Source: Balanoglossus misakiensis
Lineage: Eukaryota; Animalia; Hemichordata
Assembly (NCBI GenBank): GCA_040954595.2
Contig: CM082583.2
Coordinates: forward strand, 4,517,374-4,581,373
Reading direction: 5' to 3'
DNA: 64,000 nucleotides
Both the position numbers and the translations under genes were made by a program. Under the pieces are notes generated by a model. The model was given only the letters and a program-made list of their open reading frames with translations, searched no databases and was not told the DNA's origin. Each line of letters opens with the position of its first letter. Position 1 is the first letter of the stretch. Below, in pieces: positions 12,494 through 26,000 of the stretch.

Positions 12494-15400
12494 CTTTGAC
12501 CTTTGCTAATCGGGGTCAAAGTGAATCGGAAGCGACCATTGGAAGCTGCTTACACTCTGACATGAAACGGGAGAAATTTCAGTGCCGGACAAACTTCTTC
12601 GTGGAATTAAAAAACGATCCTTCCGACTGCAGGTGAGGTGTTTATGTTTGTTTGTTTGTTTGTTTGTTTGTTTGTTTGTTTGTTTGTTTGTTTGTTTGTT
12701 TGTTTGTTTGTTTGTTTGTTTGTTTGACATTTCCCTGTTGGAATACTGCTCCACATGCCAAGTCGAAGTTCCCCCAAAAATCGAACGTGGCCGTGATTTC
12801 TAGACACGTTCGGTGTACTGCCTAAAGCTTTCTGTCACATATCAGGGGGGATCTGAACAGCTGAGAATGCCGATATTGAGGACACTTTTGCAGACCAAAT
12901 TAACACAACTGTGATGTTGCCATGATTAAAACCAGAGCAAACACACAAACAAACACGTCTCCCCGTTATATTATGTTTTGTGATGACACGATTTTGGGTA
13001 CGATATATTGATTGCACCCGCTCGAAAAATCCAAGTCATTTCAAAAATGTAGAACTTGCCTAACACTCACTTCAAGTACGTACACTTCTTCTTGGTGAAG
13101 AAACCAGAATTCTAATTTTGCTTATAGCCAAGTTCAACAAATGGATTTTTTCCGTGGCTTTCTCTCTGATTCTGTGTATTTGAACCTTCTTGGTCATGTA
13201 ATTAAAATTGCTAATTCAAAGTTCTGTGGCACATGTAGGCCTGTGTGTCACAAACAGCTGAGGACGAACAGACACATTTGACGTAATAAGTTTCCTGGGA
13301 CTCCGTCCGCGGGGACCGCCAAACAAAAACAAGCGGGACAGACTGACTCGTCCACCACATCATCGTGTACTGACCGAGCCTGGTAATTTCAAAAGGATGT
13401 TAAAAAACACCCAGTAATATATCTGAGATCGAGGAGACTATTGTAACATGATAGGCGTTTTGCTTGAAAAGTAACGGGGTAGATAGTTAAAAAATGACCT
13501 CGGAGAACGTGACTAAGATTAACAAACTTTAAATTGCTTTAATATACGATCGGAACTTGTGTGGACGTATATACTACACTCGTCGTATCTAACCCGACTA
13601 TTAACATTATAGCTCCGTCCAAAACATACAGACTATTCGATGTTATTATCGCTTACGTCCTTGGTCGATCTTGGCAGAAATCCTGACATTGACGAATAAA
13701 ACCCTAAATTTAGCTATCATTGACATAAGGGCCATGATACCGATGCAAATTAAAAATGACGAGCCAATGTCCAGCTTTTACTTCGATAATAAAGTTATAT
13801 GTGTCAGATTTGGGGTTATCCACTAGGGATTGTTTGGGTAATTTGCGTCATTTGACAATTTTAGTGCCTTTTCTCTTCATAGAAAATTGATGCTCATTCT
13901 GAATACGACTTTATGAAGGGCCCCACGGAATAAAAATCTGCGTCCTTGTCACGATTGACGCTTTGTAATCGTAAAAGGAACATTTCGCACGGTAGTCCAT
14001 GTGCTCAGAATTTCCAGTGTCACACGGCGTGGTGTAGTTTTATACATGGACATACAAGGAGACGGGCAAATGCATGCAGACAGACAGACAGACAAAATTG
14101 TGATAAATGAAATATAAGATCGATTTAAAATTTGTCTACTTTGGAACGAATGTGAATAAAACGGAAGCTAAATTCAAATGGTGTTTCGCATCTTTAGTGG
14201 TATGTTTTGCAACTCTTATACCTTCTCATATTACCACTTACAGTATCTTCGTTTTTATGACGGTTGTAGAAGTGAATTTTGAATTCAGTTAATAAACCCT
14301 GGCTGCTCTAAACCGCGAAATAAGATGCCGGTAAAGCCCCATTAGATTTAAAGAGAGCGGATTAAGCTGTTACGCCAAGTGGAGCAATTTCTGGTGTATA
14401 TTAGTCCATCAGCGTCGAGTACATCCACACAGAGCGTGCCACCAAGTTATCGGAGATGGTCAATGCAAGAAAATGTCCACAAAAAGATCCTAACGCCACA
14501 CGCTCAAAGTAGTCACAATGTACAAATGCAGATGTCGGCGTACTACACAACACAACCATTGTCATAAGACAGTTGAACGTTAACCAAATCTCGGTGTCAG
14601 CAAGAAACAGAAAATGAAACGGTGTTTTCGATAAGAAGCATTCTTTTGTAAATATGTATTTGACTGTGTTTATTTGCGTCTCTCTCTCTCTCTCAAAAAC
14701 ATGCTTCAAAATTATTTCAAACTGTCCGAACCTATTCCGTACTTGAAGCTCATGCCCTTTCTCCGTTCTTCGTTTCTACGCCAGGACAAAATACGAAGAC
14801 CTGAGAAACTGTTCGAAACAGATTGTGGTGAACTGCCTGAAAGACACGGCACTGGCCGCCATGGTGAACTTTTTCTTGGCCAACATCGTGCAGGCCATGG
14901 GCGCCGAAGACATCTATTGCCAACAGGGCGGAATAGCGCTCTCATTGGTCAGCAGCGATGTCAGCACAGATGCATGCCGGGATCGTTTGATGGAGAATCT
15001 AACACCTTGCAGTGAGGAGTATCACAGGATGTTTTCAGACAACCCCGCCGATTCCAGGCTGTGCAGGTATATGCATACCTTGGCATTATATGGTTTTATA
15101 GGAAGTTGGCTAGCGTGAATATGACGCTAACATGTATCGGAAAGTGAAGTAATATCTGTGTAACAACAAAACTTTTTTTGCGGTCAAATTTTGAATTTTT
15201 AAATGAGCCCGGCGCCTTGTTTAAACCTGTTACCAGTTTAAATATTGCAACTGTTTTTCACCACATTCGCTCTACTCCGCATAAAGATTAATATTGTTAT
15301 TAAAGTACAGTGTTGTCAACGCAATCTCCATGTAACTACATGTAGTTGTTATTGGCATATGCATTTCAAATCCTGGACTTTGGGTCGCGTCGACCAATAT

Positions 15401-15813
15401 TGCGAGTTATGAACAGGTTCTCTCATCCCCCGTTGTCACTCCTTTGCAGAAAGTACAACGAGACGATGGAATGCGCCATCAGCCAGATCGACTCCGCTTG
15501 CAGCGCCGAGGAAGCCGCCCGGATAGACTACCTCCACGAAAACCCGGTATGCGAGGCCGACAGGTTACTGGCCGAGGCGCCCTCAACGGCAACACCGATA
15601 AAACATGGCGTCGTCTCCACTGAAAGTGCCGGAGCAAAACCGCAGTTGGAGACGCCGAAAACCAAACCCACGGCGAAAGAGACTGGAATCAAAACAAATC
15701 GACCCAAAGAACTCCCAAGTCCTGCTGTGAAGGAATCGAGCAGAAGCTCCGCAATAAAATTCAACCTGAGTACTTTTTTATATGCGACAGTCTTTTTAAT
15801 TTGTTTATTCTGA
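12494..15813 (+). CDS. Uncharacterised cysteine-rich, probably secreted and GPI-anchored protein with two tandem C-x2/3-Y-x5-C-x7/8-C helical repeats (5' end unresolved)
   Basis: Exons 12494-12632 (phase 1 to 2, LTFANRGQS...DPSDC), 14785-15066 (TKYEDLRNCSKQIVVNC...DSRLC) and 15450-15813 (KYNETMECAISQIDSAC...P/T/K-rich stalk...SSAIKFNLSTFLYATVFLICLF*). All are AG/GT bounded and phase-compatible. The hydrophobic C-terminus without a cytoplasmic tail fits a GPI signal. Cys spacing recalls DUF19/neuritin-like domains (inference). Confidence 0.75.
12647..12726. repeat. (TTTG)n microsatellite
   Basis: About 20 units directly after the 12632 donor. Confidence 0.95.
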
Positions 15814-16841
15814 CCATCTCTTACCAGTGTGTTCTGTTTTACGTTGTTTTGACTCATATTTACATTGAACGTTTTTTTTCTATGACAACCATCTCAGATA
15901 ATTTATAATCTTGTAAATTGTGTGCAGTATTTATTCGGGATGACTTGTTTGGCATTTGATACAGCGAGAAAAGGCTTTGAGCCATATTTCTCTATATCAT
16001 AGTAGTTGTCTGTGTGACGATAAAATATTTTTTGGACAAATATTCTGGAAAGAGGGTTAATTTTAATACTTAAAGCTGATGAACAATGATCGATTTAATA
16101 CGATATTGTCATAACCTACCTTGGGCTAGTTGTATGTACCATTTTTTTTATATATAAAAAGTCTTTTATAAGTAAAATGTTTTATTTTTTATCGTTTCTA
16201 TTAATTGCTTCTAATTTTGATGAATTAAAATATTCTCCTAGATTTTATACGTTGGTCTGTTGATGAGTGAAACCGGTTTATTCTACGTTTATGGCATCAC
16301 ATCACCGCGGCGGAAGTTATCAATGGGATCTGGTACTAAGAAAATGTTGAGCAATTTAATTACTTGGTGAAACTAAGTAATTTGACAAGCTTGTTCCGAA
16401 GAAATTAATAAACTATAAATAAATATTGAACATAAACGTACATTTTCCAAACTGACTCTCACCTGTTGGGGGGGGGGGGATTCTATCGGTAGGACAATGA
16501 GATGGAGACTCCGTTCTATTATTCATGGACAGCAGTACGCTCTGTCCTGTTTTTTAAAATGTCGCCACCATCGGTGGGTATGACAAATAGCACGGTAACA
16601 ATGTTATGAATATGAATTAGGGGGACATGACACTGGTTCAATTTTAGAGGGGGTTAATGACGCCACCAACAACTTTGTGAACTACCGCACAGGAGAGAAA
16701 ATAGCTGATCAAAGTTCCTCGAACGACGGGTATGACGTCACTTAAATTTACCTGTCAATAGCGTTGATCTGATGAGTTTCTGCGTCTCAGCTCAAAAATA
16801 GAAATAGCAACGTGCATAACCCAGGTATGGTGCGCCTACAT

Positions 16842-16931
16842 AGTGAAATTGACCAATCGTCACCGTACTGTTCAGCTAATGTATACATTTAGGCCCCAGA
16901 GTTACAGCAATTGTGATTGGTCAATTACACT
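16842..16931. repeat. 90-bp inverted-repeat (MITE-like) element
   Basis: AGTGAAATTGACCAATC (16842-16858) pairs with GATTGGTCAATTACACT (16915-16931, one mismatch). Central AATGTATACATT palindrome. Confidence 0.6.
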
Positions 16932-18259
16932 CTACACTCTTGGAACAGGTGTGCAAATCAATTGATCACGGTCGTTTACCAAACGCGCATACACATCGCC
17001 AGACTTAACACACATGTTGGTACAAACGTTCCTTTAGAATGCAAATAGATTGAGAAAGTTCTGACACATGCGGACAGTGACGAGCTTCTGTTGTGGAGTT
17101 TTAAATGTCGCCACCAACGACGGGTACGGCAATAGCACTGTGGTACTGAAGATAAAATAGCTGAGCAAAAAGTCTCTCGGAAATTTTGCCCAGTAAATTT
17201 CCTCTTATTGGCCCACTTGTTAATCAATGTACGATGTCAGAACGACTTCACACAAATAAAAGTACAAACCGAGATGAAAGTAACCGACCTCTCTACCACA
17301 AACTCAAAATTACTACCCACTTTTTGGTAAATCTTGCACGAAAAGTGGATCCAGATCGGCTGCACATACCCAAACACCTCTTCTATGCCCCCCGGAATTC
17401 TCTCCTACTGCACATTTCATCCTTGTTCGACAGATTTTTTTTACCATTAACATCTCGAAAAATTTCATACACATTTGTTCTCTGTAGAGGTAAGCCACAA
17501 GACTTCTGCCTTCATATTGCAGAAAATAAAAAAAAGATGAACATTCTTATCATACAAGTTTTTTTCTCAACCAAACACACCAAATCCCTCAAATCAGGCA
17601 CGAGCACAAAAACCACATTACAAGTCAACTGCATGGAAGGTGGGTTTATTTTAACAAATCTCATTGCAAAAAAAGAATTCATTTTACCTACAGGTGAAAA
17701 CAACCATACTGTATATCATTACTACATGTGTGTATATGCTATGAACAAGACTGGCCAGTTCTACTGGTAGATGACAACAGTAATGTCTAGATTTATAGAC
17801 TGGACTTTTAAATGACCTCCAAAGCTACAGTACAGACTGACAATTACCCCTCACCCCAAAAAGGACATCACAAAAAAAGAAGTGAATTGATTTCTTGAAT
17901 CACACAAGTGTTTCATCAAGTTTTTCTGAGGTTGAATTTCAAAAATCTGACTCAGAGATATACATCACACCTGGGTGTTGGATTTAACTTAAACTTCACA
18001 GATGTAGAAACGAAAATGGCACAGTTTTTGTAATATGTAAAAAATAGCACACTTCGTAAGAGATAAAAAATGTGATCACAATAAATGAACATTGGTACTA
18101 ACAACAGAAAAACATTTCACTACAAACAAGAAATTGACTGAGACAGAGTAGAATGGAGAAGTCATTCCGTGTTTGCCGGAACTTGTGTTCAGAACATTTT
18201 GATCTCAGCAAATTTACGGTCTGCTTGCCGTCTACAACTTAAGTTGATATGATTTCGGT

Positions 18260-18352
18260 TTAACCCTTTCAACATGCACGGTTTGGTCCAAATTTGGTCC
18301 AAATCCATCATTTTCTAAGGTAAAGTTGGACCTCTAAAGAGGGCAGTGGGGG
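18260..18352. mobile_element. Short piggyBac-like (TTAA-CCCT) MITE, degenerate
   Basis: Starts TTAACCCTTT. Similar to the reverse complement of 63367-63460 (GGTTTG.TCCAAA...GACCTCTA). Confidence 0.5.
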
Positions 18353-20082
18353 AGAACGATGGTGTCCATGCATATCATGTGTGAGAAAACTGTTGAAGGT
18401 TTCTACCTCAATACATGTAACACCTCTTTCTCGAGAATATTAACTGTGATCATGCCTCATGCCCCCCCCCCTCATCTGCATGCAACAGCTCCTTGCAATA
18501 AAATACAACTCTTTTATAAATCAAATAAAAAAACTATGAAGCCCACTTTCTCTCAAAATCTTTTATTTACAGACTTTAGTGGAGATTGGCAGAAAACTGG
18601 CCCATTTTATAATTCAAACTGCACCATGAAAAGAGAAATGTCACACACTGGGTACAAACTATCAAGATTTTCCAAGAAAACACAAGGCCATGAGATAAAC
18701 CATTTATCCTTCTTTGGAAAGACCCCTCCTATCCAGTTCAACTCACCCTACTATTCAATATTTACAAAATTCGTTTCCGGAAACAATAACATTACAAAAA
18801 TATTTTTAAAAACTCACAAAAGCCATACACTAAATTTTCATCTTTGAAAATATTAATATGAACATCTTTATTCAAGATATTGCACAATAAACATGATTAG
18901 CAGAACACCCTGCAAATTATCCACCCTATTTCAGAATAGTTTATTTACAGCGTTGATCCCCCACCCCATCCCACTCCATTTCCTGTTTTTGCTTGCGTAC
19001 TACAAACAGTCATTTTTGCTTGCGTACTAAACGGTAAACAGTCAAACACACACATGCACAGGCACACATGCACATACACACACACACGGTACAAAATTAA
19101 TGGTAATGCCAGAATTGAATTTCCTGAAAGAGTTAACAAATGCCTTTTCATGAAAACAGTGGATATACTGAAGTGAAAACTGGTCATTCGTGATTGTCGG
19201 ACAAGCCAAAACTCCCCCCTCCCTCCCCCCAAAAAACAAAACAACAACAACAAAACCAACTACCGGTATCGGTAATAAGTAGTCTTCATTGAAATTGCAG
19301 CCAAAATGAACACAGCATATATTTTGGTCTCTCCTTATCAATTCAACACATGAAGTTTGAGCTATAAACTGTGAAATGTCAGTTAGAGAATTCTTGGGGT
19401 GGACCAGGATTGGTAACTGATTACAAAACGTCTAACTGTCTGCCCCAAAAAACATGCCATGCAAAAAAAAACGGTCAAAAATAAAGGTCCTGCCTTGAGG
19501 TTTCTTTTTGAAGACTTTTAACTCTTACACGAAATATACTTATATTTAAATATTATAATACATAATACTACAGTTAACCCAGCAGACCCTTTTCTATGCG
19601 GAATCAATTTGGCTCAACTGAACAATTCAGTTTGAAGAAATCATTCTACGGTATTGGAGTGTGTCTAAGCGAAAATTACCAGATGCTGTAACACGAGACA
19701 ATAATGATGATGTCAGAAGACTACACCTTAATTATGCGGTGGCACAGTCCACTATTTATGGGTGGGTCAGGAATGACAAAAGGTGAGGCTTCTTTTGACA
19801 CATAAGAGGGTGTGTGCACCCATTTGTGCATGCACCCCCTTTGCAAAGCATACACTGTAGTGGTCTGCTGCACCGAAGCAAGAGCTCACTGTAGTCAATC
19901 ACGTGAAGTGCAATGTGCAGTCCTTACATAATGTTTTACGCAAGCAGAATTCGACATATCAGGAGCTGGCTCCTCAACGTAAACAGCCTAGTTGGTTCCC
20001 AAGGCATTTGGATCCATCCATGCTATAAACAGATAGACACACAATGATTTTCAGCTGATGAGTTGATTGAAAGGTTGTTAGC

Positions 20083-23000
20083 CTAGGGTGCCTTCATCGT
20101 GCAGGTTCCAGGGGCGGGTGTCATGGCGCTTGCGTCGAGCGACTTGGAACGTCTGTGAAAACCAGTGTCGTGTTCTTTTATAACGGGTAAACTTGGAGCC
20201 AAATTTATCGCTATGCTGGACCTGAAAGTAGAGAAACAGAGATTCTGGGTGAGTAAAACGGTGATCTATGTTGATGGACCAGACTGTGGCAATTCCAACA
20301 TACAGAAGTCAAGCTACACAGTGCCACAGATAGCACATCTAACTCCCTGCGTACCTTGATGATACGTAAATCAGGCACTTGGACACTGGGGTATACATTG
20401 TGAAGAATGACGTTCCATTCAACAGATTTGAGCCACGTCGTTTTATAAAGAAAACCAAGTCACGGAGAGGTCAAAGGTAAGTGGTTAAAAACACTAACCT
20501 GTTGTGTTTCATGTGACTTCTTACAAGGTGACCGGCTGCCAACGCCGACATCAGCGAGAGTTCGCCGGCCATCACGGTTGCCGCGATGATCCTCGCAAAG
20601 GTTTGCGCGTTCAGACCAGGCCTGATAGGCGAGGATCCCTTCACGCCCAACATCTGCAAAGAAGTACAGGTTTGGTTATTAATAGCGCATCATGAGAGTA
20701 AGATCTAGAATTTTCTCTACAACAGAGCAAAAATTAAAACTTCTGATAAAAAGGAAAGATGTGAAATCATCATCAAGTCTTGATATTGGAGGGCACATTC
20801 TTTTTTGTAAATACATTTTTAATATCAAAACAATGACAAAATTGTGCATTGACCTAAAAAAAAATCTGATTCTTGATTTTCTCTGAGATGGTGAAAACCC
20901 TGTATCTCCCCAGGTTAGCAAAGGATTTCATGCGAGTAACAGAACAAAGAATGCCCAGATTTGAAGGCGGCTTGGCTGGCATCTTAGTTTCTGCCCCAGC
21001 AAGGCGTGTGATGTGACCATAATAGAAGGAAACAGAACATTATGCGAGAATCTTACAACTTACATCAAGGCAAGCTGACTGGGCACTGAGGACTGTGCCG
21101 CCACCCACAGTTCCGATTTCCAACGACGGCATGGTACAGGAAATGTACAAATCTTCATGGCAGGGTCCGGCCGTCTCCATAAGCGTCATGCAGTTGGAGC
21201 TGGCAATGTTCTGGGCCGGGTCCTACACACAAAAGAAGTCGTATTTGAATTATTAAGATCACCACTGAACGCTTTTTGTATGACCAGTAAGAATTGCTTT
21301 CACAACTGATAATGATAAGAAGAGTTTTGTAAAAGTGGCTGGCTAATGTGGAAAAGTATTCAGATTCATGAGAGTGACCAACCTGTCCGGTAGCAATGTA
21401 AATAGCAGTAACAATATTGGCAGCGTGCGCGTTAAATCCACCTATACTTCCAGCCATGGATGAGCCGATCAAATTCTTACTAATGTTGAGGTCTACCAGT
21501 GCCTGTGCGGACGTCTTCAGCACCTGTGTCAAAACGGGGAGAGAACATGTTAATACAGAACTGGTGTATATACATACATGCATGTGGAATAAATGAAAAA
21601 ATACAGTAAATTTCTCTATACAAAGATATCCTGAATACAGTGAAACCTGTGTATAGAGACCAGTCAAGGGACTTTCCTAAACTGGCCTTTGGCTTTATAG
21701 ACAGGTGGTTTTTATAGACAGGTCAATTAATGTACATGTTAATTGCACAGGGACTGTAACAAAGTGGCCACTGTATAGAGGCGGTCACTATATAGAGGTG
21801 GTCACTATATAGAGGTGGTCACTAACACAGGTTTGACTGTAATTGCTTTATGTTTGGCGTTACTTCACATCAAAATCTTTGGTACAACAAACCGTTCACA
21901 CAGAAGAACGCTACATTCTCACTCCCCCCCCAAAACACCAAAAGTCTTGTGGTTGACAAGACGCGAACGAAATCTCTCCCCATACCTGTTTGATGACAGT
22001 ACTGGGTATTGTCGCCTCACAGACCACTGACTTGCCGCGTCCCTCAATCCAGTTGATGGCCGCCGGTTTCTTGTCCGTGCAGTAATTTCCGCTCAGGCTG
22101 AGAATTTCCATTTCGGGGAAGTATTCTTGCAAAACGTGGAGGGATTTCTCCACCCCCTGTCAAGGCAAAAAATCAATAAATCAATGTCTACAGGTAAACG
22201 CCAAAAGGGACTGAAACTAGTCAAGAACATCTGTGCATATTTACAATAAAAAACAATGTGGGACAAAACATTACAAAAAAAAACATCCTCAAAAGAACTT
22301 TCAAGACTTTAACTCATTGATATTCGTCACATAGAGATATTTTTTTTGAGAGAGAGAGATTCAGAAAGAAACTGAGACACTGAGAGAACGACGTACCTTA
22401 GACACCATATTCATACCCATGGCATCACCAGTGATGGACTGAAATCGAATAAACAGTAATCTGCCAGCCACGGCCGTCTGAAGCTTCTGTAATCGGGCAA
22501 ATCTACTCGTTGAACTAAAAGTATCTGATATCAGATCAAAGTTATCCTTGTCTTCCAAAAACTGCTTCACTTTACTGCAATAGGAGAAAAAAAATACTCA
22601 TTGAAAAAAATGTTGTATTATTTTTTTATTTTTAAATCTTTAAATTAATGTTTAGCTTCAACTTCAAGTAACAGTATTACGCAAACAATTTCTGCGACTG
22701 GTTTCAGTGTGATTATCAAAGGCACACATCCTGGAATCAGAGCTAAAATGGTAAGAAATAAACACTGTACAGGAAAAGCCATCTTACCCTGCCATCTGAG
22801 CACTGGGTAACCTGACCACAGGAGCTCTGGTCATGCCATCTGCAAGAAGGCTACTGTGTGCTCCACCACTCATCTGATGAGAAATAAAATAATCGAATTT
22901 GAGAATAAACGTCTTTAACTGCAACTCTTACTGCGTGAAGATGTGCGGCAATAGAACGGAAGAATCTGGATGTACAATGCAAAGATGTAATCTTTAGTTG

Positions 23001-26000
23001 ACGGATTTTTTTCCCACCATTTGTCAGAAAGTATAAATCCCTCTGATGTGGTCTTTACTCACCTGAAGGGCTCTGCATCCTCTATTGGTGCTGGCAACCA
23101 GGCAACCCTCCGTGGTCGCCATGGGAACGTGGTAATGCTTGCCATCCAGGGGGAGAGGTCCAGCCACTCCGACGGGTAAAGGCATGTAACCGATGACGTT
23201 CTCGCAGCAGGCGCCCAACACCTGGAAGGACAAAACGCACTTGACGTGAAATATTCTGTAGAGCGCCCTCTATGGCCCACTGTGGCAGAAACAGCATATT
23301 TGCAAAAATGATATTATTTACATCTCGCATAATGATTCACAAATGTACGTCTCAGTTGTCCTCGCTTACCTGTGAATAATCGTAGCTTGTGTACGGCAAC
23401 TTTTCTAAGCAGTCCTCTGTCAGTAATTTCTTGGCCAAGGTTTGCCTTCGGATGTGAACGCCTCGTTCGGGATCGCCGAGAATACTCTCCAGTTTGTAGG
23501 CAGGAATGTGTTTGGATTCCACCAGCATGATCACCTCTTCGTCAAGCAGTTCCGACGGGCCTCTCTGTGGAAACAGACGTAAAATTGGAAGATCAAAAAC
23601 TTGCCATGGGTGTTATACTTTTGACAATACGGGTGTTGTATTCTAGTTGTAGATATTGGCAAATTTAATCTTCTTCAAACATACTAAATACCAGTGTGTA
23701 TGAAGGAAGTCATGAGTTACTACCAGACTCAAAACAACAGCTTGTCTTAAAAAGCTCAATATAAAATCTATATCATGGTACTATAACACTACAAGCATCA
23801 CAAGTGGACCTGTCCCAAAACCTACCTCGGGATTATTCAAAATGGCCACACAGTCTTCTAACGGCCGTGGTTCCCTCACAGACTCTTCAACCTCGTGAGC
23901 CGATTCTGTGCCAGATTCATCCTTGGTCTCTTCCACATCGCTAGCATCGGTGTCCGTGTCTGTGTCTCCCAGAGTGAAAACAGCGGCGGGTGTTTCCTCG
24001 ACCGCATCCTCCGATTTCCTCCTCCTTATCTCTTCTGGTTTTGGCATGAGCCGCGACCAAGACAGCTCTATTTTCTCGGTGGGTTCCGGCTCCTCTTTCT
24101 GCAGTTCGCATTGTCGATCTCCACTTCCAGATATCGATTTATCTATTTACAAAATAATACACAGGACTGTCACATGATCATCACCACATCTCAAACAAAG
24201 CACCTCTTTCTGTACATAACATCCAGTATGGTTGCTGTAGAATTGTAAACTTCTTTTGCAAAAGCTGTCGCAGTGAATGTACCCTGAGAGAATTACAAAT
24301 GTGAAACACTTTGTATCTTCTTCTTTTTTTCAAAACATCTGATAAAACATCTCTCACCTTCAGCGTATCTGATTGTTGTTTCTTTCGATGAAAAACTATC
24401 GCAGCTGCTGTCAGAGCACATCAACTTTGGGGTGGACAGGACTGTGACTGTTTTCTTCATTCCAGGTATGGCCCCGTCAGCTTTCTCCAAGAAGATGTAC
24501 TTGATGGACAGCACCAGCGCGAGGGCCAGCGTGATGACTTGCTCGGCGTTCATTGTGAAGGCTCTGAGTAAAGTGAAAATACAAGATCTCTGATGAAGGG
24601 GGCTCTGGTGCAAGATATTCTGATCCACAAACCGCCTGCTCAACACACACCATATGTGTGCAAATTTGACCCTCCCATCTCACAATTTGGAACAATCCAA
24701 TTGTTTCAAAGGGTGTGGTTGGGCTCATAAATGCAGGGAAAGGGGAGGGGGGGGGGGGGTTAGAGAAGGAAATGTTGCTGAGGATGATGATTTGATATTT
24801 CCACTGATGTCTTGCAAAACCCACTGATTTCCCCCAAAAAGTGACACAAGGAGACTGTGAGAACATTTTTTTTCAAAGTCGAAACAGTGTGTGTTCATCA
24901 TCCACTAGGTTGCCATGCAAGATATGCTGCTAATGTACAGCGCATTCATCATTCTCATTCATGTCACCATGGTGACGATGCAAAAAAGCGATGAGATCGC
25001 TTGACCTTACCTGGCGAGGTAGAACTGCCATAGAGATATATCTGGCTGTATTCGCTTTGAATCATTCAAATCAAAGATGGGCTTGTCTTCTGACAACTCC
25101 GAGTGTTCAGGGGTGGCTATCCATCTGCTGTGAGCGTGCACCAGCACCAAACCAGCCGACTGCAAGATACAATGTGACATGAAACATTGCCTCATCAACT
25201 GTAGAACATTATTAGCCATTTTTTTCTTCTTGTCAAATGCAATATACTAGTACATGTATAAGGAAAACTAGTTGCTGATTAAAATACACACAGTACACGT
25301 GGGATATGAACACAAATATTATCCTGTGCGTGATCAAAATTTTGGGTGTAAAAATTTATATAACGATCTTTGCTCCCCTGACAATCCCATGAAAATTCCA
25401 CTCACCATGATCATTTTAACTCTCTGCAAAACAGGGTTTGGCTTCTTGTCTTCTTCTTCTTCAAGCACCTTTGCAAACTGATTGAGCTGCCAGACTGGTC
25501 GGCCTTCTTTCATTTCTTCAGATAGCTACAACACAAATATTCAACGTTAGTAAGTCTTCTGTGCATTCCACACCTCAATGGGGGAAGGGGAATTTTTAAA
25601 CTCAGTCCAAGAAAATAAAGTACTCTACAGTGTTTTCTACAGAAATGTTTCTCTGTTATATCATGCAATGTTTTTAGCTTTCTACTGATTGACACATGGA
25701 GTTTTTTGTAGAAAAAAGGGGATGACTCCGGTAATTAATGATAAGCAAAGATTGTGTATGGTTATTCTTGAGAGACTGTGGTTACAAGGACCAATGCACG
25801 CAAAAAGTTTCATTGTAAAATGTCTGGTAAATTGGTTTTCATATTCCGAAAGTGACGAAGCTCACCTCTAAAACTAGCGACAGACAAGCTGGGAAGAACG
25901 TCATAAACACAAAGTAACTAGCAACGACCGAGAGACAGCCGAAACAACACATGACTTCCAGCTGCCGAACTCCAGAGAGGGTTCCAACTCCGATCACCAG

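Noticed and set aside
17186-18847. 194-aa and 162-aa plus-strand ORFs
   Set aside because: No domain, AT-rich UTR-like composition, antisense to the probable HMGCR 3' UTR.
20023-20085. Stop read-through extension of HMGCR
   Set aside because: TAG-G is not a leaky context, and the extension ends SICL with no CAAX or PTS1 signal.
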